This document shows, in pieces, positions 1 to 12,072 of a stretch of DNA of 61,326 nt (within the stretch, counting starts at the first letter, position 1; each line of letters opens with the position of its first letter). The position numbers and the translations under genes were made by a program. The DNA comes from Octopus bimaculoides (Eukaryota), in assembly GCF_001194135.2 (NCBI RefSeq), contig NC_068989.1, positions 62,844,700 through 62,906,025 of the forward strand, written 5' to 3'. The notes under the pieces are model-generated. The model was given only the letters and a program-made list of their open reading frames with translations. It was not told the origin of the DNA and made no database searches.

Positions 1-28
<28 letters not shown>

Positions 29-31
<3 letters not shown>

Positions 32-1108
32 TCAAATATCATTTTAATAATAAAGGGTAAAATTAATAATAATTTTACCAGGTACCCAGTGAGGAAATAA
101 AAACCTTATAGGTAAATTCTACACAATATTTTATAATTATATACATAATTATAACAAGGGCTCGGCTTTATGCCTCACCACGCACAGTGAGAAATAGACA
201 CTAACGTCTTTTTTACTACCTTAAAATTTCCGAGAATAACACACTTTATTATAGGCAGGGAAAAGAAAAATAATAAATCAATAAGGCTGATTAACAATGG
301 ACGTGTTTTGAACTTAAAGTAAAAGATGAATTTATTTACCGCTACTGTTCAGCTTAGTATTTGGTATAAGTGCACGAGTACTTCAAAATATGCATGCGAT
401 CAGCGTCATCGTATGTCCAATATCTATCCACACTCATAAAAATGTACTGCCGAGTATAATTCATATCTTTCTGTTATAAGCACGTGCGTGTTAAGATCTA
501 AATGCAGTTTCAATCATGGAATGAATTTATTCAACTATAATTTTAATAATAAAAGGCGAAATTAATTATAATTTTACCAGATAGCCAGTGCGGAAATAAA
601 AAGCTTATAGGTAAATTTTACAAAATATTCTATAATTATATACTTAATTATATGAAGGGGTTGGCTTTATGCTTCACTACGCACCGTAAAAAATAGACGC
701 TAAAGTCTTTTTGCCACCTTAAAATGTCCGAGAATAACACACTTTATTGTAGGCACAATATTATGAATTATACTCGGCAGTACATGTTTACAAGTGTGCA
801 TAGATATCTGACACACGATAACGCTGATCGCGTGCATATTTTTGAAATACTCGTGAACTTATACGAAATAATATGCTGAAGAGTAACACTAAGTAAAATT
901 ATCTTGTACTTTAAGTTCGAAAGGCATCCATAGTTAATCAGCTTTAGTGGTTCAATATTTTTTCTTTTGCTTGCCTACAATAAAGTGTGTTATTCTCACA
1001 GATTTTAAGGTAGTAAAAAAGACTTTAGCGTCTATTTCTTACAGTGCGAGGTGAGGCATAAAGCCGACCCTTGTTATAATTATGTATATCATTATAAAAT
1101 ATTTTGTG
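29..1108. mobile_element. Two adjacent opposite-orientation copies of a long-TIR non-autonomous element (MITE/foldback-like)
   Basis: Block A (~230 bp) is at 29-257 and 528-755, with a partial reverse complement at ~972-1108. Block B is at 258-466 with its reverse complement at ~757-968 (ATGTACTGCCGAGTATAATTCAT vs ATGAATTATACTCGGCAGTACAT). No ORF. Confidence 0.6.
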
Positions 1109-1110
1109 TA

Positions 1111-1136
1111 TATATATATATATATATATGTGTGTA

Positions 1137-1204
<68 letters not shown>
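1111..1204. repeat. (TA)n-(TG)n compound microsatellite
   Basis: Direct reading. It is the source of the spurious HT/YI-repeat ORFs. Confidence 0.95.
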
Positions 1205-1206
<2 letters not shown>

Positions 1207-1585
1207 AATGTATGCTAAAAGTCCTGTCCACGACGGAAAAAGTATCTTACGCAAGATAACAGAAACTATAAAAAAAAATTATATATTCTTTTCTTTTCTT
1301 ATTTCACTCTCTTGGCGACGTATTCTATGATATGTCAGCATGACCGAACTTTTAGTAATCCACATATTTTATATTCTTCAGTTTTCATTTTGATATCATC
1401 TACGCCTGTCATTGAATTTTGTGAACATTGAATTACTTATCATCAAATTTGAATAATTAATTATTTAAGCATGTTTTCTACCTCTCAATTTCAAATTGTT
1501 AAAATCTCATTGTTCTATATACGTTTTTACCATTCACAAACAAAAACATTTTAATACTAATTTGGTATATAATCAAAAGTTTATG

Positions 1586-1616
<31 letters not shown>

Positions 1617-1744
1617 TAAAGAGACGTGTTGGGAAACGCCAGAGCAATGCGATTTATAAAACAAAATGAAATATATTTGTAATATTAACCTATATTGTGG
1701 GGCACGTGGAAAGGTGAAACTCGTTGCTCAGGTGTGTTTAGGAG

Positions 1745-2300
1745 CAAGGTGCCATGAACGGACTGGTGTTGTTATAGTAACTAGTCTTCGTGTAATTTTT
1801 TTCTGTTGTTTATGGCTGGCCTCAGCCTGTTGATAAGGAAGAACCACATGATTCTGAGATTGCCTCTATTGCAGTGAGTGGCCCTAATGGTTACGTTAAA
1901 ACGCTGGCTGTGGCACTTCTTTAACATTTTTCGATTAAAGTGTGTATGAGTTAATGTTTTTTTTTTATTCGAACATCAAATTTCTTGGTGGTGATCACTA
2001 TGTAAAATTTTCTACATTTACTGCACACTAGCTCGTATATCATATATGTTGCCCTGCACAATCTGAGGCCGTTGTTGGGGCAATTGGATAGTGGATACCG
2101 TTCGATGTGTTACTCTTTCAAGACAGTTATCGCCTCGCATGTTGTATAAGGAAGCACATGTCAGACTTGAGATTATGGACCATCTTATGTACTGTACACA
2201 TTTTAGCGATTTTGGACGCACTTGTGTGGCTAAAATCAGAGGATAGCCGTTGTATGTCAAGTACTTGAGAATTATATTATATTGTGAGAAGAGTGTTTGA
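1745..2300 (-). mobile_element. Decayed Penelope-like element, C-terminal region with GIY-YIG endonuclease (frameshifted)
   Basis: Minus-strand frames give LTYNGYPL (the NGYP motif after the PLE RT), then YMIYELVCSKCRKFYIVITTKKFDVRI (GIY-YIG-like), then LRIMWFFLINRLRPAINNR (C-terminal ExxxIxxxxPxxN-like). Confidence 0.7.
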
Positions 2301-2967
2301 TACAGATAGATAAGTATATATAGATATATAGACAAATGGATAGAGTAAGAGAAGTACTTAATACGCAGACATGAATACTTTTACATACGTGTGTTTGTGA
2401 ATGTGCATGTGTGTATGCATAGAATCACATACGTGCATGTATTCATAATCTTTCAAAGACCCACTCACATCTATATGATTGTAAAATAATAAATAATATT
2501 CTTTCACTATACTTAATAGAACAGACCTTTGTTCGAATGTATATCTCTTGTATGAAAATGCATTTAGCAATAGGAATTCAGAAAATTATTACAGAAGATA
2601 ATTTTATGTTTTATTAATTGAACTTTATCTCTTGAAATAACGTGCTGCTCTTTTGAGTCACTGCTCTCAAAAATCTTTGCATTTATAAGCATATAATCAA
2701 GACAAAGTTCTCGCAACATAGATTTATTTTGTATACTACCATTTTGTTTTCGTTCTTATTTCCCAAGAAAAAGAAGCGAAATTCGGTATATTTCATAATT
2801 TGTAAATCTCGTTGCCAAATATTCTTAATCCGAATGTTAGAATTTGCTGTTAATGTATACATACTGAAGTGAAATTCTTTCAAGGTTATAATTTCGAAAC
2901 GTAATTATTGCTTACTTCGCTCAAGACAGTTACGCCTCCCCAATTATTAATGTGTTTGAAAATCATA

Positions 2968-3014
2968 GACAGAAAGAGAAAAAAGGAGAGAGAGAGAAAG
3001 AGAGAGAGAGAGAA
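2968..3014. repeat. (GA)n-rich tract
   Basis: Direct reading. Confidence 0.9.
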
Positions 3015-4010
3015 AAGTTATTCAGAATGTTACTTAGGACTGGGCAAAATTAATTTTGTGGTAAATATATGAATGAAAGTTTGGTGGTTCACATGATGTC
3101 ATCCACTACATTTTCCGAAGTTAATATTCTCCGAAGTTAATATTTTCTGGTTGGAAATACATTTTATGTTTACACTATATGCTGCTGTGTTACGATTGCG
3201 TTTTAATCTCACTTCCCATCTGATTAAGCAGTGGTATAATAAAATGAATTTCATCCCTTGAGGAGTTATTCCCCTGATTAACGCGGTGCAGATTTGATCC
3301 TGAAACGCCCTGATGAGTTTCCATGTTATTATGTTAATCATGTACTAGTCAGATGTGAATGACTCTAAACGTGGAAACAGAACCAATGTGCATATTATTT
3401 GGTCTATTCTAAATGGTCATATAAGACTAGAAAACGATATTATTCTCTCTATATAAGCATATATAAATGACTTTTCAACTGTTTTACAATACTTATTTTC
3501 GCAACATTCTTTACTTACTTTTCTGCTAAACACAGTCAAAAGTTCCCAGATTGATTTTGCAGTAAGTTTTATAAGACATCAGTATCTATGCAAGAAAAGT
3601 TACGCCAACTTCAAAGATTTCTATGTATTTCTTAACACACAGCTTTTCATAAGTATGACAACTAATACAGCGTTAATTTCTGTGTTTGATATTTCTTCTG
3701 AAAGAGAGGTCAATAATTATATAACGGAAGCCAAAACTTGAAACCAATAATTATATAACGGAAGCGAAGGTGTCAGAAATTAAACTCGCAAGCGTCTACA
3801 TTATGAAGCAGAGCGAAATATACTGGTTTCAATCACCGAGGCATTGCCCACGGCGGTTTGGTCGCTCACATGAATATTTTAAAGAATAAGGTGTATATTT
3901 CCGATAAATAAATCAGTGTATATACATGCCTCTGAATGTTCCTGTGTGTACATCACACACACTGTCTCTTTCACTTCCTTCTCTCTCACCCGCTTCCTCT
4001 CGCTTTCTCA

Positions 4011-4011
<1 letters not shown>

Positions 4012-4074
<63 letters not shown>

Positions 4075-4140
4075 NNNNNNNNNNNNNNNNNNNNNNNNGT
4101 GTCTTTGTATATATGTATATGTATGTATGTATGTATGTAC
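4012..4140. repeat. (TA)n-(TG)n-(TATG)n compound microsatellite with N gap
   Basis: Direct reading. Confidence 0.95.
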
Positions 4141-4151
4141 ATATAAATATT

Positions 4152-4282
4152 TTTTTTCTTTACTCTTTCACTTGTTTCAGTCATTTGACTGCGGCCATGC
4201 TGGAGCACCGCCTTTAGTCGAACAAATCGACCCGAGGACTTATGCTTTGGAAGCCTAGTACTTATTCTATCGGTCTCTTTTG
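4152..4282 (-). mobile_element. SINE family C, 3' fragment
   Basis: The reverse complement reads GGTCGATTTGTTCGACTAAAGGCGGTGCTCCAGCATGGCCGCAGTCAAATGACTGAAACAAG. The same tail recurs at ~33540, ~46665 and ~61285. Confidence 0.85.
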
Positions 4283-4455
4283 GGGTGGTTTGCCATTTGC
4301 CTTCTACAAATGACTGGTAATTAGTTGGCCCACAAGGAACTCATCCATACTTCGACCGGTCATGTCTGTAGTCTTTTTCAGTGTCCAGGCCTCCTCCCAC
4401 ACAAGCCACTCGAATAGGGGAGCTGAATTACTCGTCGATCACTCGGCCCAGTAAC
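4283..4455 (-). mobile_element. Possible RTE-related repeat fragment
   Basis: The minus strand ends GAAGGCAAATGGCAAACCACC, which resembles a motif recalled from RTE/BovB-related elements. Not verified. Confidence 0.3.
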
Positions 4456-4959
4456 AAAGAGTAATTGTTTACATGATTCTGGTAAACCTGTAACGAAATC
4501 ACTGAAACTATTCTGCTGTGGCACTAATCCATTGTATTTCGTAAATGCGAATCAGTTTTAGTTTATCGTTCGAAGAAAACCCAAGCATAACTATGGAGTC
4601 ACACCAATCTTTCGTTACAGAGACTCATTGTACAAGAGGTAAAAGATGCCAAAAAATATAAATTTGTATATAATGTCTATACATTATACCATATTATTCA
4701 ATAGACGGTCCACTTTTTCCAGTTTTTAATGAAACATTCATATACGCGAAGGATGTTTCTGACTATAGAATCTTGATGCATCTCGATGCATTATAGCAAT
4801 TTCGAACGATTCACGAGTATTATTTACTTTAAAGATTGAGGATACTGCCAGATGCCATAATCTTAAAAGTAAGATGGTGCCCGACTCTTAGTACGGCCAT
4901 CTAATTGCCCAATATTTTTCTAAGTGTATCAATATTCTTTTATATAATTGTTTATTGAT

Positions 4960-5367
4960 GGCAGGCGTAACTTGCATCCAATCTACATAGTTTTTGGTTC
5001 AACCTCATGGCGTGGCACATTGGGAAGTGTCTTATACTACAGCTTCGTGTAGACATAGCCTTGTGAGTGGCTCTGGTAGACAGAATCTGATAGAAGCTTG
5101 TCATGCGTGTGTGTCAGTGTATGTGTGTGTGTGTATGTCTGTGAGCGCGTATATGTGTGTGTTTGTTTGCTGAGCACCACCGCTTGACAACCAGTTTTGT
5201 TGTGTTTACACCCCCAAATATAGCGGTTCGGCAAAAGTGACCGATGGAATAACTACCACCCGCAATAAATAATTAGAAACGGGGTCGATTTGCTCGGCTA
5301 AAATTTTTCAAGGCGGTGCTCCATCACAGTGTGTGTTAAATAATTGAAACAAATAGAAAATAAAATA
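4960..5367 (+). mobile_element. SINE family C, decayed near-full copy with internal GT-rich microsatellite
   Basis: B-box-like GGTTCAACC, then GGCACATTGGGAAGTGTC, an internal (GT)n, then GCGGTTCGGCAAAAG...GGGGTCGATTTGCTCGGCTAA...AAGGCGGTGCTCC and an A-rich tail. Confidence 0.75.
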
Positions 5368-7019
5368 TAAACACAGAGCGAGTTATTTATTATCCTAACC
5401 ATTTGGTACGCGTGTTTCTGTGATATTAGTGTCATGATCATTACACAGGGTGATGTTCATATTTACGTGTTTCCCAAAAGCCTCCATTATTATGTGTATT
5501 TATTCAATGTGAGATGTATAGAGGCATGAAAAGCAATTTCTTTTACCCGACAAACAACACCTCTCATAATTGGTTGGTGCTGACAAGCTATGATGATTCT
5601 TGTGTGGAAAAATCTTAGTTTGGATAGTTCAATATAGCCTTTATACGTGTCACCATTAGATATTTTTAGACCAAACTAAAACTTATAACAGTAGGTATAG
5701 AAATTATATAAATATAAAACAACATACAATGTTTTTATTTACCTTCAAATTCCAATTAAATTTTCTTTCACCCATATTACGAATATTCACATTTTACGAA
5801 TATTCAACACCCTGTTGTAGTAATAGCAAGTATATTTCTACTTATTTGGGACATCGCCGAAATATTTTCAACGAGACCCTGTACTACTGTTAGAATATCC
5901 GTCACAGGCACTCCGGGCAGTGTCTCCAAAGCATAACATGTGCATATCTGAAAGGTTTTAAATTAATACAAGTATAACTCGTTCAAAATTATCTCCGTTT
6001 TACGGGTCACCGATCATGCCTTCTCGAGGTTGTTCGGCCTACTGAGAAATAAACACCAAATCATTCACTAATCATTTCCAAGTGTCTTACAAAACGTAGG
6101 TCACACGTTTCAGAAACAAAACGACTGAGGTCTGCTAATGGATCAATTTGATATTTAGTGATATTCCATCAGGTTAAACTATAACATTAACGATAATATG
6201 ATACGTATTTTACCTCTCTAATATTTAGTTAGACTCGAATTATTAGATTTCAAGCAACGAATGAGTTCAGTGAAAATATATTTATTATGTGATATCAATT
6301 ATATGATAAAGTTATATTATATTTTTATCACACTTCGCAAAATGTAGCCAAAACGACCTTCCACATATTTATCATTTAAACAATTCCCAAAGAAATACAT
6401 TACCGTTTTAGTATGAACTTCAATCGATTAATATCAATAATAATCCCAGTATCACGAAACATTTTAATTTCAAGGCGATAGGTGTGCGCACGTGAGTGTG
6501 TGTGCGTATGTGCCTGTGCTTGTGCTTGTGTGTGTGTACATTATTTTTCATAAAATTCTCTCATACGTTACTTTAAATTGTTAATGTTCCCCAGTTGTGT
6601 AGGATGGGAGCTATCTGGTTCACTTATTTCAGAGAGAGAGAGAGAGAGAGATCAGTTTTACATGGAGCATTTTCTTATTGTCCGTAAGTATTTTTCTAAA
6701 AGTTTTCGACCGGATCATTGTTGTATACTGAACAGTATTAAGACGTACATCAATTTCCAGTTGATGAGTCACAGCCAAAGCAACGAAAAGATAATCTAAT
6801 TTCACGGCAACGTAGAACGTGAAAATGAAGTTTTAATCAGAATATTCTGATTTCTCTCCTGCTGCATTTCTTTCATATAGACATCTGACAGATGTCTCAG
6901 TAATTCCTACTTCCTTTCATAGCTTTCATAGTACTCAGTTTTACAATGGGTAAAAAAGTTTCCACTACTACGTCGAATTAAGACAGACTCTCTGAAGTGC
7001 ACCATTATTTTATACAAAC

Positions 7020-7040
7020 GCATATACACATACATGCATG

Positions 7041-7076
<36 letters not shown>

Positions 7077-7494
7077 NNNNNNNNNNNNNNNNNNNNNNNN
7101 NNNNNNNNNNNNNNNNNNNNNNNNNNNNNNNNNNNNNNNNNNNNNNNNNNNNNNNNNNNNNNNNNNNNNNNNNNNNNNNNNNNNNNNNNNNNNNNNNNNN
7201 NNNNNNNNNNNNNNNNNNNNNNNNNNNNNNNNNNNNNNNNNNNNNNNNNNNNNNNNNNNNNNNNNNNNNNNNNNNNNNNNNNNNNNNNNNNNNNNNNNNN
7301 NNNNNNNNNNNNNNNNNNNNNNNNNNNNNNNNNNNNNNNNNNNNNNNNNNNNNNNNNNNNNNNNNNNNNNNNNNNNNNNNNNNNNNNNNNNNNNNNNNNN
7401 NNNNNNNNNNNNNNNNNNNNNNNNNNNNNNNNNNNNNNNNNNNNNNNNNNNNNNNNNNNNNNNNNNNNNNNNNNNNNNNNNNNNNNNNNNNNNN

Positions 7495-7567
<73 letters not shown>

Positions 7568-7635
7568 AAATATATACATACACATACACATACGTAAATA
7601 CATGCATTCATGTATATATGTGTGTGTGCGTATGT
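7020..7635. repeat. (CA)n/(TA)n - gap - (TG)n microsatellite block
   Basis: Direct reading. N gap at ~7078-7495. Confidence 0.9.
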
Positions 7636-10021
7636 GTATCAGTTTCCTGTTTCGCCTCACCGTTGACTCAGTCAGTCAGGTTTCTCTGGACTCTTCCTCT
7701 ACTTTGCAGATGTATTTTTGTACTGTTTATTTTTTTCACCTTGTGTTGTGGTTTTCCATTTGTTTCCTTTTTCATTTCCAGTCGTATAGGATATTTACGT
7801 TTTCCTCGCCTTACCCATCCTCGCGTCTTAGATCGTCACGGACTTATTCTGTTTGTACAGTATATATTTATTTTATTTTGTTTTTACATTCACATTTTTG
7901 CCCTGTTTGCGTTCATCACCGTACGCTATTCCCAGCGGCCCTTGCTGTTGACGCCACCAAAATTCAATAATATCGTTAAAGTCATGAAACAGCAAGGACA
8001 ATTCGGACGATAACAATGTGTGAATTATCCGTTCGTTCCTTTGTTGTGTGGGTTTTTATTTTTATTTTGGGAAATATATATNNNNNNNNNNNNNNNNNNN
8101 NNNNNNNNNNNNNNNNNNNNNNNNNNNNNNNNNNNNNNNNNNNNNNNNNNNNNNNNNNNNNNNNNNNNNNNNNNNNNNNNNNNNNNNNNNNNNNNNNNNN
8201 NNNNNNNNNNNNNNNNNNNNNNNNNNNNNNNNNNNNNNNNNNNNNNNNNNNNNNNNNNNNNNNNNNNNNNNNNNNNNNNNNNNNNNNNNNNNNNNNNNNN
8301 NNNNNNNNNNNNNNNNNNNNNNNNNNNNNNNNNNNNNNNNNNNNNNNNNNNNNNNNNNNNNNNNNNNNNNNNNNNNNNNNNNNNNNNNNNNNNNNNNNNN
8401 NNNNNNNNNNNNNNNNNNNNNNNNNNNNNNNNNNNNNNNNNNNNNNNNNNNNNNNNNNNNNNNNNNNNNNNNNNNNNNNNNNATATATATATCATATATC
8501 ATATATATCATGCTAGAGTTAGATAGATATATGTGTAAAGCAACTGAGTGGCATGTTTCGAGGTGTAGCCCTTAAAGGCTATCAGAGTTGAACTCTCATG
8601 CCTCTGGTCAAATGTGTTTCCGATTGCGAAACCCAGTTCTTTGAACTTTGACAGTGAGCTCTATGAACCACGTATTCCAAAGCGAGTGAACAATCTAAAA
8701 GAGCAAGTTGCTATATGAGGGATACTCGATAATGCCATTTGTAGACCGGTTGAGCATAGAAGGGTTGCCTAGCTGTATACGACTGTGATCTGCTGCAGTC
8801 ACAAAAACATGCAGAGAACACTTACACACGGAAGCTCTTAAGCACACGCGTGAAAAGAAATTAACATATTGTCGGATATATGTGTACAAAATAATGTTTC
8901 TAAGGAGTAAATGGTTTATTTTAGCCTTTGAATCTACATTTTTATTTCCTATATTTCTTGGGTGTAAATTGTATAAACTGTGCTAATGTGAAAACAAAGT
9001 AGTATTGAATTACGGCAAGCATCAGATAACAAACATCTTTTGCTTAAAGCAATTTTTCTTATCACTGACTATTTCTGGCATTGCTTTCTCAGCAATATAC
9101 AATAGTGTATTAAAATAAAATGCTCATTTTCAACTGAGTACTACATCTATTTCTTTAACTTAGAAAATTTCCTCGGGTATTTAGCATTGTTTATTTCCAA
9201 AGAAAGAATTAAAACGACAAAAGCAGTGTTCTTACGTACAACATCAGTATTTACGTTAGCTAGTCATAAAAAAGGTCCGTCTACAGCATTGTTAGCAAAC
9301 AATGTGACTGTTACAATGTGAGGTTGAAAGTTCTTAAGGCCATCTTATAACGGTGAGCTGGACCTGTGCCCTGTATTGTGTGAAAATTGGCAATTTTCAT
9401 TTCAAACGAAGCCAGCCTGAATTTAATGCAAAGTACAGACTATTCAATCGATATGTATTGTTTTTCTTTTNNNNNNNNNNTGTTCTTTCTAGTTTCTTTT
9501 GAATTCTTTTCTTTCCAATGACGTATTGTCTGTGAAAACATTAATCAACAAAAACTTATTGATGTTAGAAACCCCGGTGATTCAATGATATGAACCTTAC
9601 ACAAGAGAATACTATTTATATCATGGATGATAACAATCTGAAGTTAATTCCAGAGAATATTTTCCACTCATCTGCTACATATGAAACGATTTTATTAACG
9701 TATACATTATTTTTGTGTCTTAGTGAAACGTATTGTAAATTGCACATGTCTATTGAAGAAGAAATGCTATGTTCTCACAAAAATAAATGTATCGATAATG
9801 TGCTATCGGTAGGAAATAATTAATACAATCATAGAAGGATAGAAAAATATAATTTTAGTCTCACATAATGTATTGCACAATAAACAAAGGTGAACGTGAA
9901 AAATATCAATATCGTTTACAAACTAAGCATTCTATCGGTCCAATGGAAATGGATTCTTCTAATAATATGCTATTGCGTAAATACAATACGTAATAAATCA
10001 TATATAATTGCAGATCTCACA

Positions 10022-10041
10022 GCAGACACACACACACAGAC

Positions 10042-10092
<51 letters not shown>

Positions 10093-10095
10093 TAG
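10022..10095. repeat. (CA)n-(TA)n microsatellite
   Basis: Direct reading. Confidence 0.95.
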
Positions 10096-11754
10096 ATATG
10101 TTTGTGCGCCTGTATGTATGCTTATGTATGTATTCACACAGTGTGTGCGAGACTTGTATGTACATATACATATATAATAAAATACATACACTCATATATT
10201 CTTATAGAGACATATATGTTGATGTATGGCTAAACACATACACAAACGCGCACACACATGAGCTCGCGTGCGCATTCGCATACGTAGATATTGATATACA
10301 AGTTATTTTAAGGAATCTATATATAATTTAGAATTGAATGGTATTTCTCAAAAATACGCTTATTATTCAATATCTTATAATTAACACAGATATGTTGTTT
10401 ATCCTTGTTTTGTAAAAAATTGCTTTATATCTTCATAGCAATAAGAGAGAATAGTAATTGTAATGTAAAATAGAAAGTAAAAATAATATAAAAAGAATAC
10501 CAGATACATATCTGCTTAATTGAATACATAAGTAATTAAATAAAAGAATGTTTATTCAGTAGTGTGAATTATGAAAGTTATTGTTTGGGTTGCAATTCAT
10601 ATTATTGCAAAATTATATTCAGTTTTCAGGTACGTGCCAACATCTAACCTCTATGAAGTTATTCCTGTTCAGATACAACGACCAATTTTGCCTCTAAAAG
10701 AAAGAAAGCAGCTGTGATGAAAAGTTTACTGTATCCGGCCCACGCTGGGATTATAGTTAAGATATGGCAACAAAATCAACATCTATGCATTTATATAAGC
10801 GAACATAAATGACCTTTACATAATAAGCTTAATAATACAAGCTTTTCAGACACTGAAAAATGTCAGTACCGGCGCTACTTTGATGGTTGAAATTTATGTC
10901 TAACGATATTCGAACCATGACAATCGTGTATTGGTATTTTAAATATAACGTAGGCTGTGGAGTGGTTACGTTATTTTCTGGTAACTTATTATTGTTATTG
11001 TTAATCATGTAATTCGATTGAATATCTCGAAAATAACTATCTAAACTCTGGATAGAGTAACTTTTAATATAATGCAATCTAACATGCCTCAGGGAAAGAT
11101 AGAGAATACTCGATTTCGTTATCCAGTGCTCAGTTATAGAAGACCACTAATTATAATTAGAATATTAATCTACGTGATGGTAAGTTTGAAATTAAACATT
11201 CTATACTCTTACGGATTAGGCATCGACACAATCTTGTCATTATCCGAATTCCATCATACCATGGCCATAAAATCGCACCATGTCCTAAGGGGCACGAATA
11301 CCTGAAAACTGAAAAAAGCAACTGTGGCGAATCATAACTAGGTGGACTTCTTCCGAAGTTGTTTTACTAAAACTTGTTTATGTATCAACCCCCAAAAGCC
11401 CAGTTGCAATTTTCCCCTCAGTTGGATTTCAATGGGAAAAGGTGGGCACCTCTCTATGTATTTGTGGCCTACATCGAATGTAGAATGAATTTTTCAACAA
11501 ATATGGGTTTTGATTATTATATTGTTTCAATTATTGTATTGTTTTTCCTACTTTTTCATTTTGAAGGTATATGTGCATCACAAATCACAGACCCATCATT
11601 ACCTATCCCTAGCTGTCGAAAAGTTTGTAATTTATCATGATCCCTTGGAAACTTTTTCCACTCTGCTGTGCTAAAGCAGTTTTTCTTAAAATTAAGAGCA
11701 TATATTCAGTCAGTGTTGTGTAAAACCATCTACAGTCCTTATACGATGGTAATA

Positions 11755-12072
11755 ATGACCCTTAACAAAATATTTCATCTGAATTTCTGTTGATAAGGAA
11801 ATTGTTTTCTTATTTGTTGAACTAGACAAAATATTTAAGAGAAATACCATTTGAAAATGTTCAAAGGTGTCTATATGTTATTAGAATTGTATAGTTAATC
11901 TCTCTGATATGATTGTGGTCATGAGCCTTAACAAAATATTTTATATGAATTTCCGTTAATAATGAAAGTATTTTCTTATCTGTTGAACTAGACAAAATAT
12001 TTAAGAGCAATGCCGTGTTGAAAATGTTCTAAGGTGTCTATATATCATTAGAAATCTATAGTTAATTTCTCT
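11755..12072. repeat. Tandem duplication, 2 x ~150 bp, period 166 bp
   Basis: ATGACCCTTAACAAAATATT...GTTAATCTCTCT (11755-11905) is repeated as ATGAGCCTTAACAAAATATT...GTTAATTTCTCT (11921-12072). Both copies contain TGTTGAACTAGACAAAATATTTAAGAG. Confidence 0.9.

Noticed and set aside
1025-1254. ORFs made of HT/YI/CV repeats, here and throughout the track
   Set aside because: These are translations of (CA)n/(TA)n/(TG)n microsatellites, which lack stop codons by composition.
3300-3385. CTGATGAG with a downstream GGAAAC
   Set aside because: The element order and stems do not close into any hammerhead topology.
5830-6045. Two possible minus-strand exons with CAG acceptors
   Set aside because: The implied intron is only ~56-63 nt, the peptides are short and unrecognisable, and there is no supporting chain of exons.
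8005-8036. lac operator / M13-reverse-like string (GATAACAATGTGTGAATTATCCGTTC)
   Set aside because: Only short, rearranged partial matches with no vector context. Treated as coincidence.
10630-10718. Possible terminal exon YVPTSNLYEVIPVQIQRPILPLKERKQL*
   Set aside because: A 29-codon frame is within chance expectation and no family was recognised.
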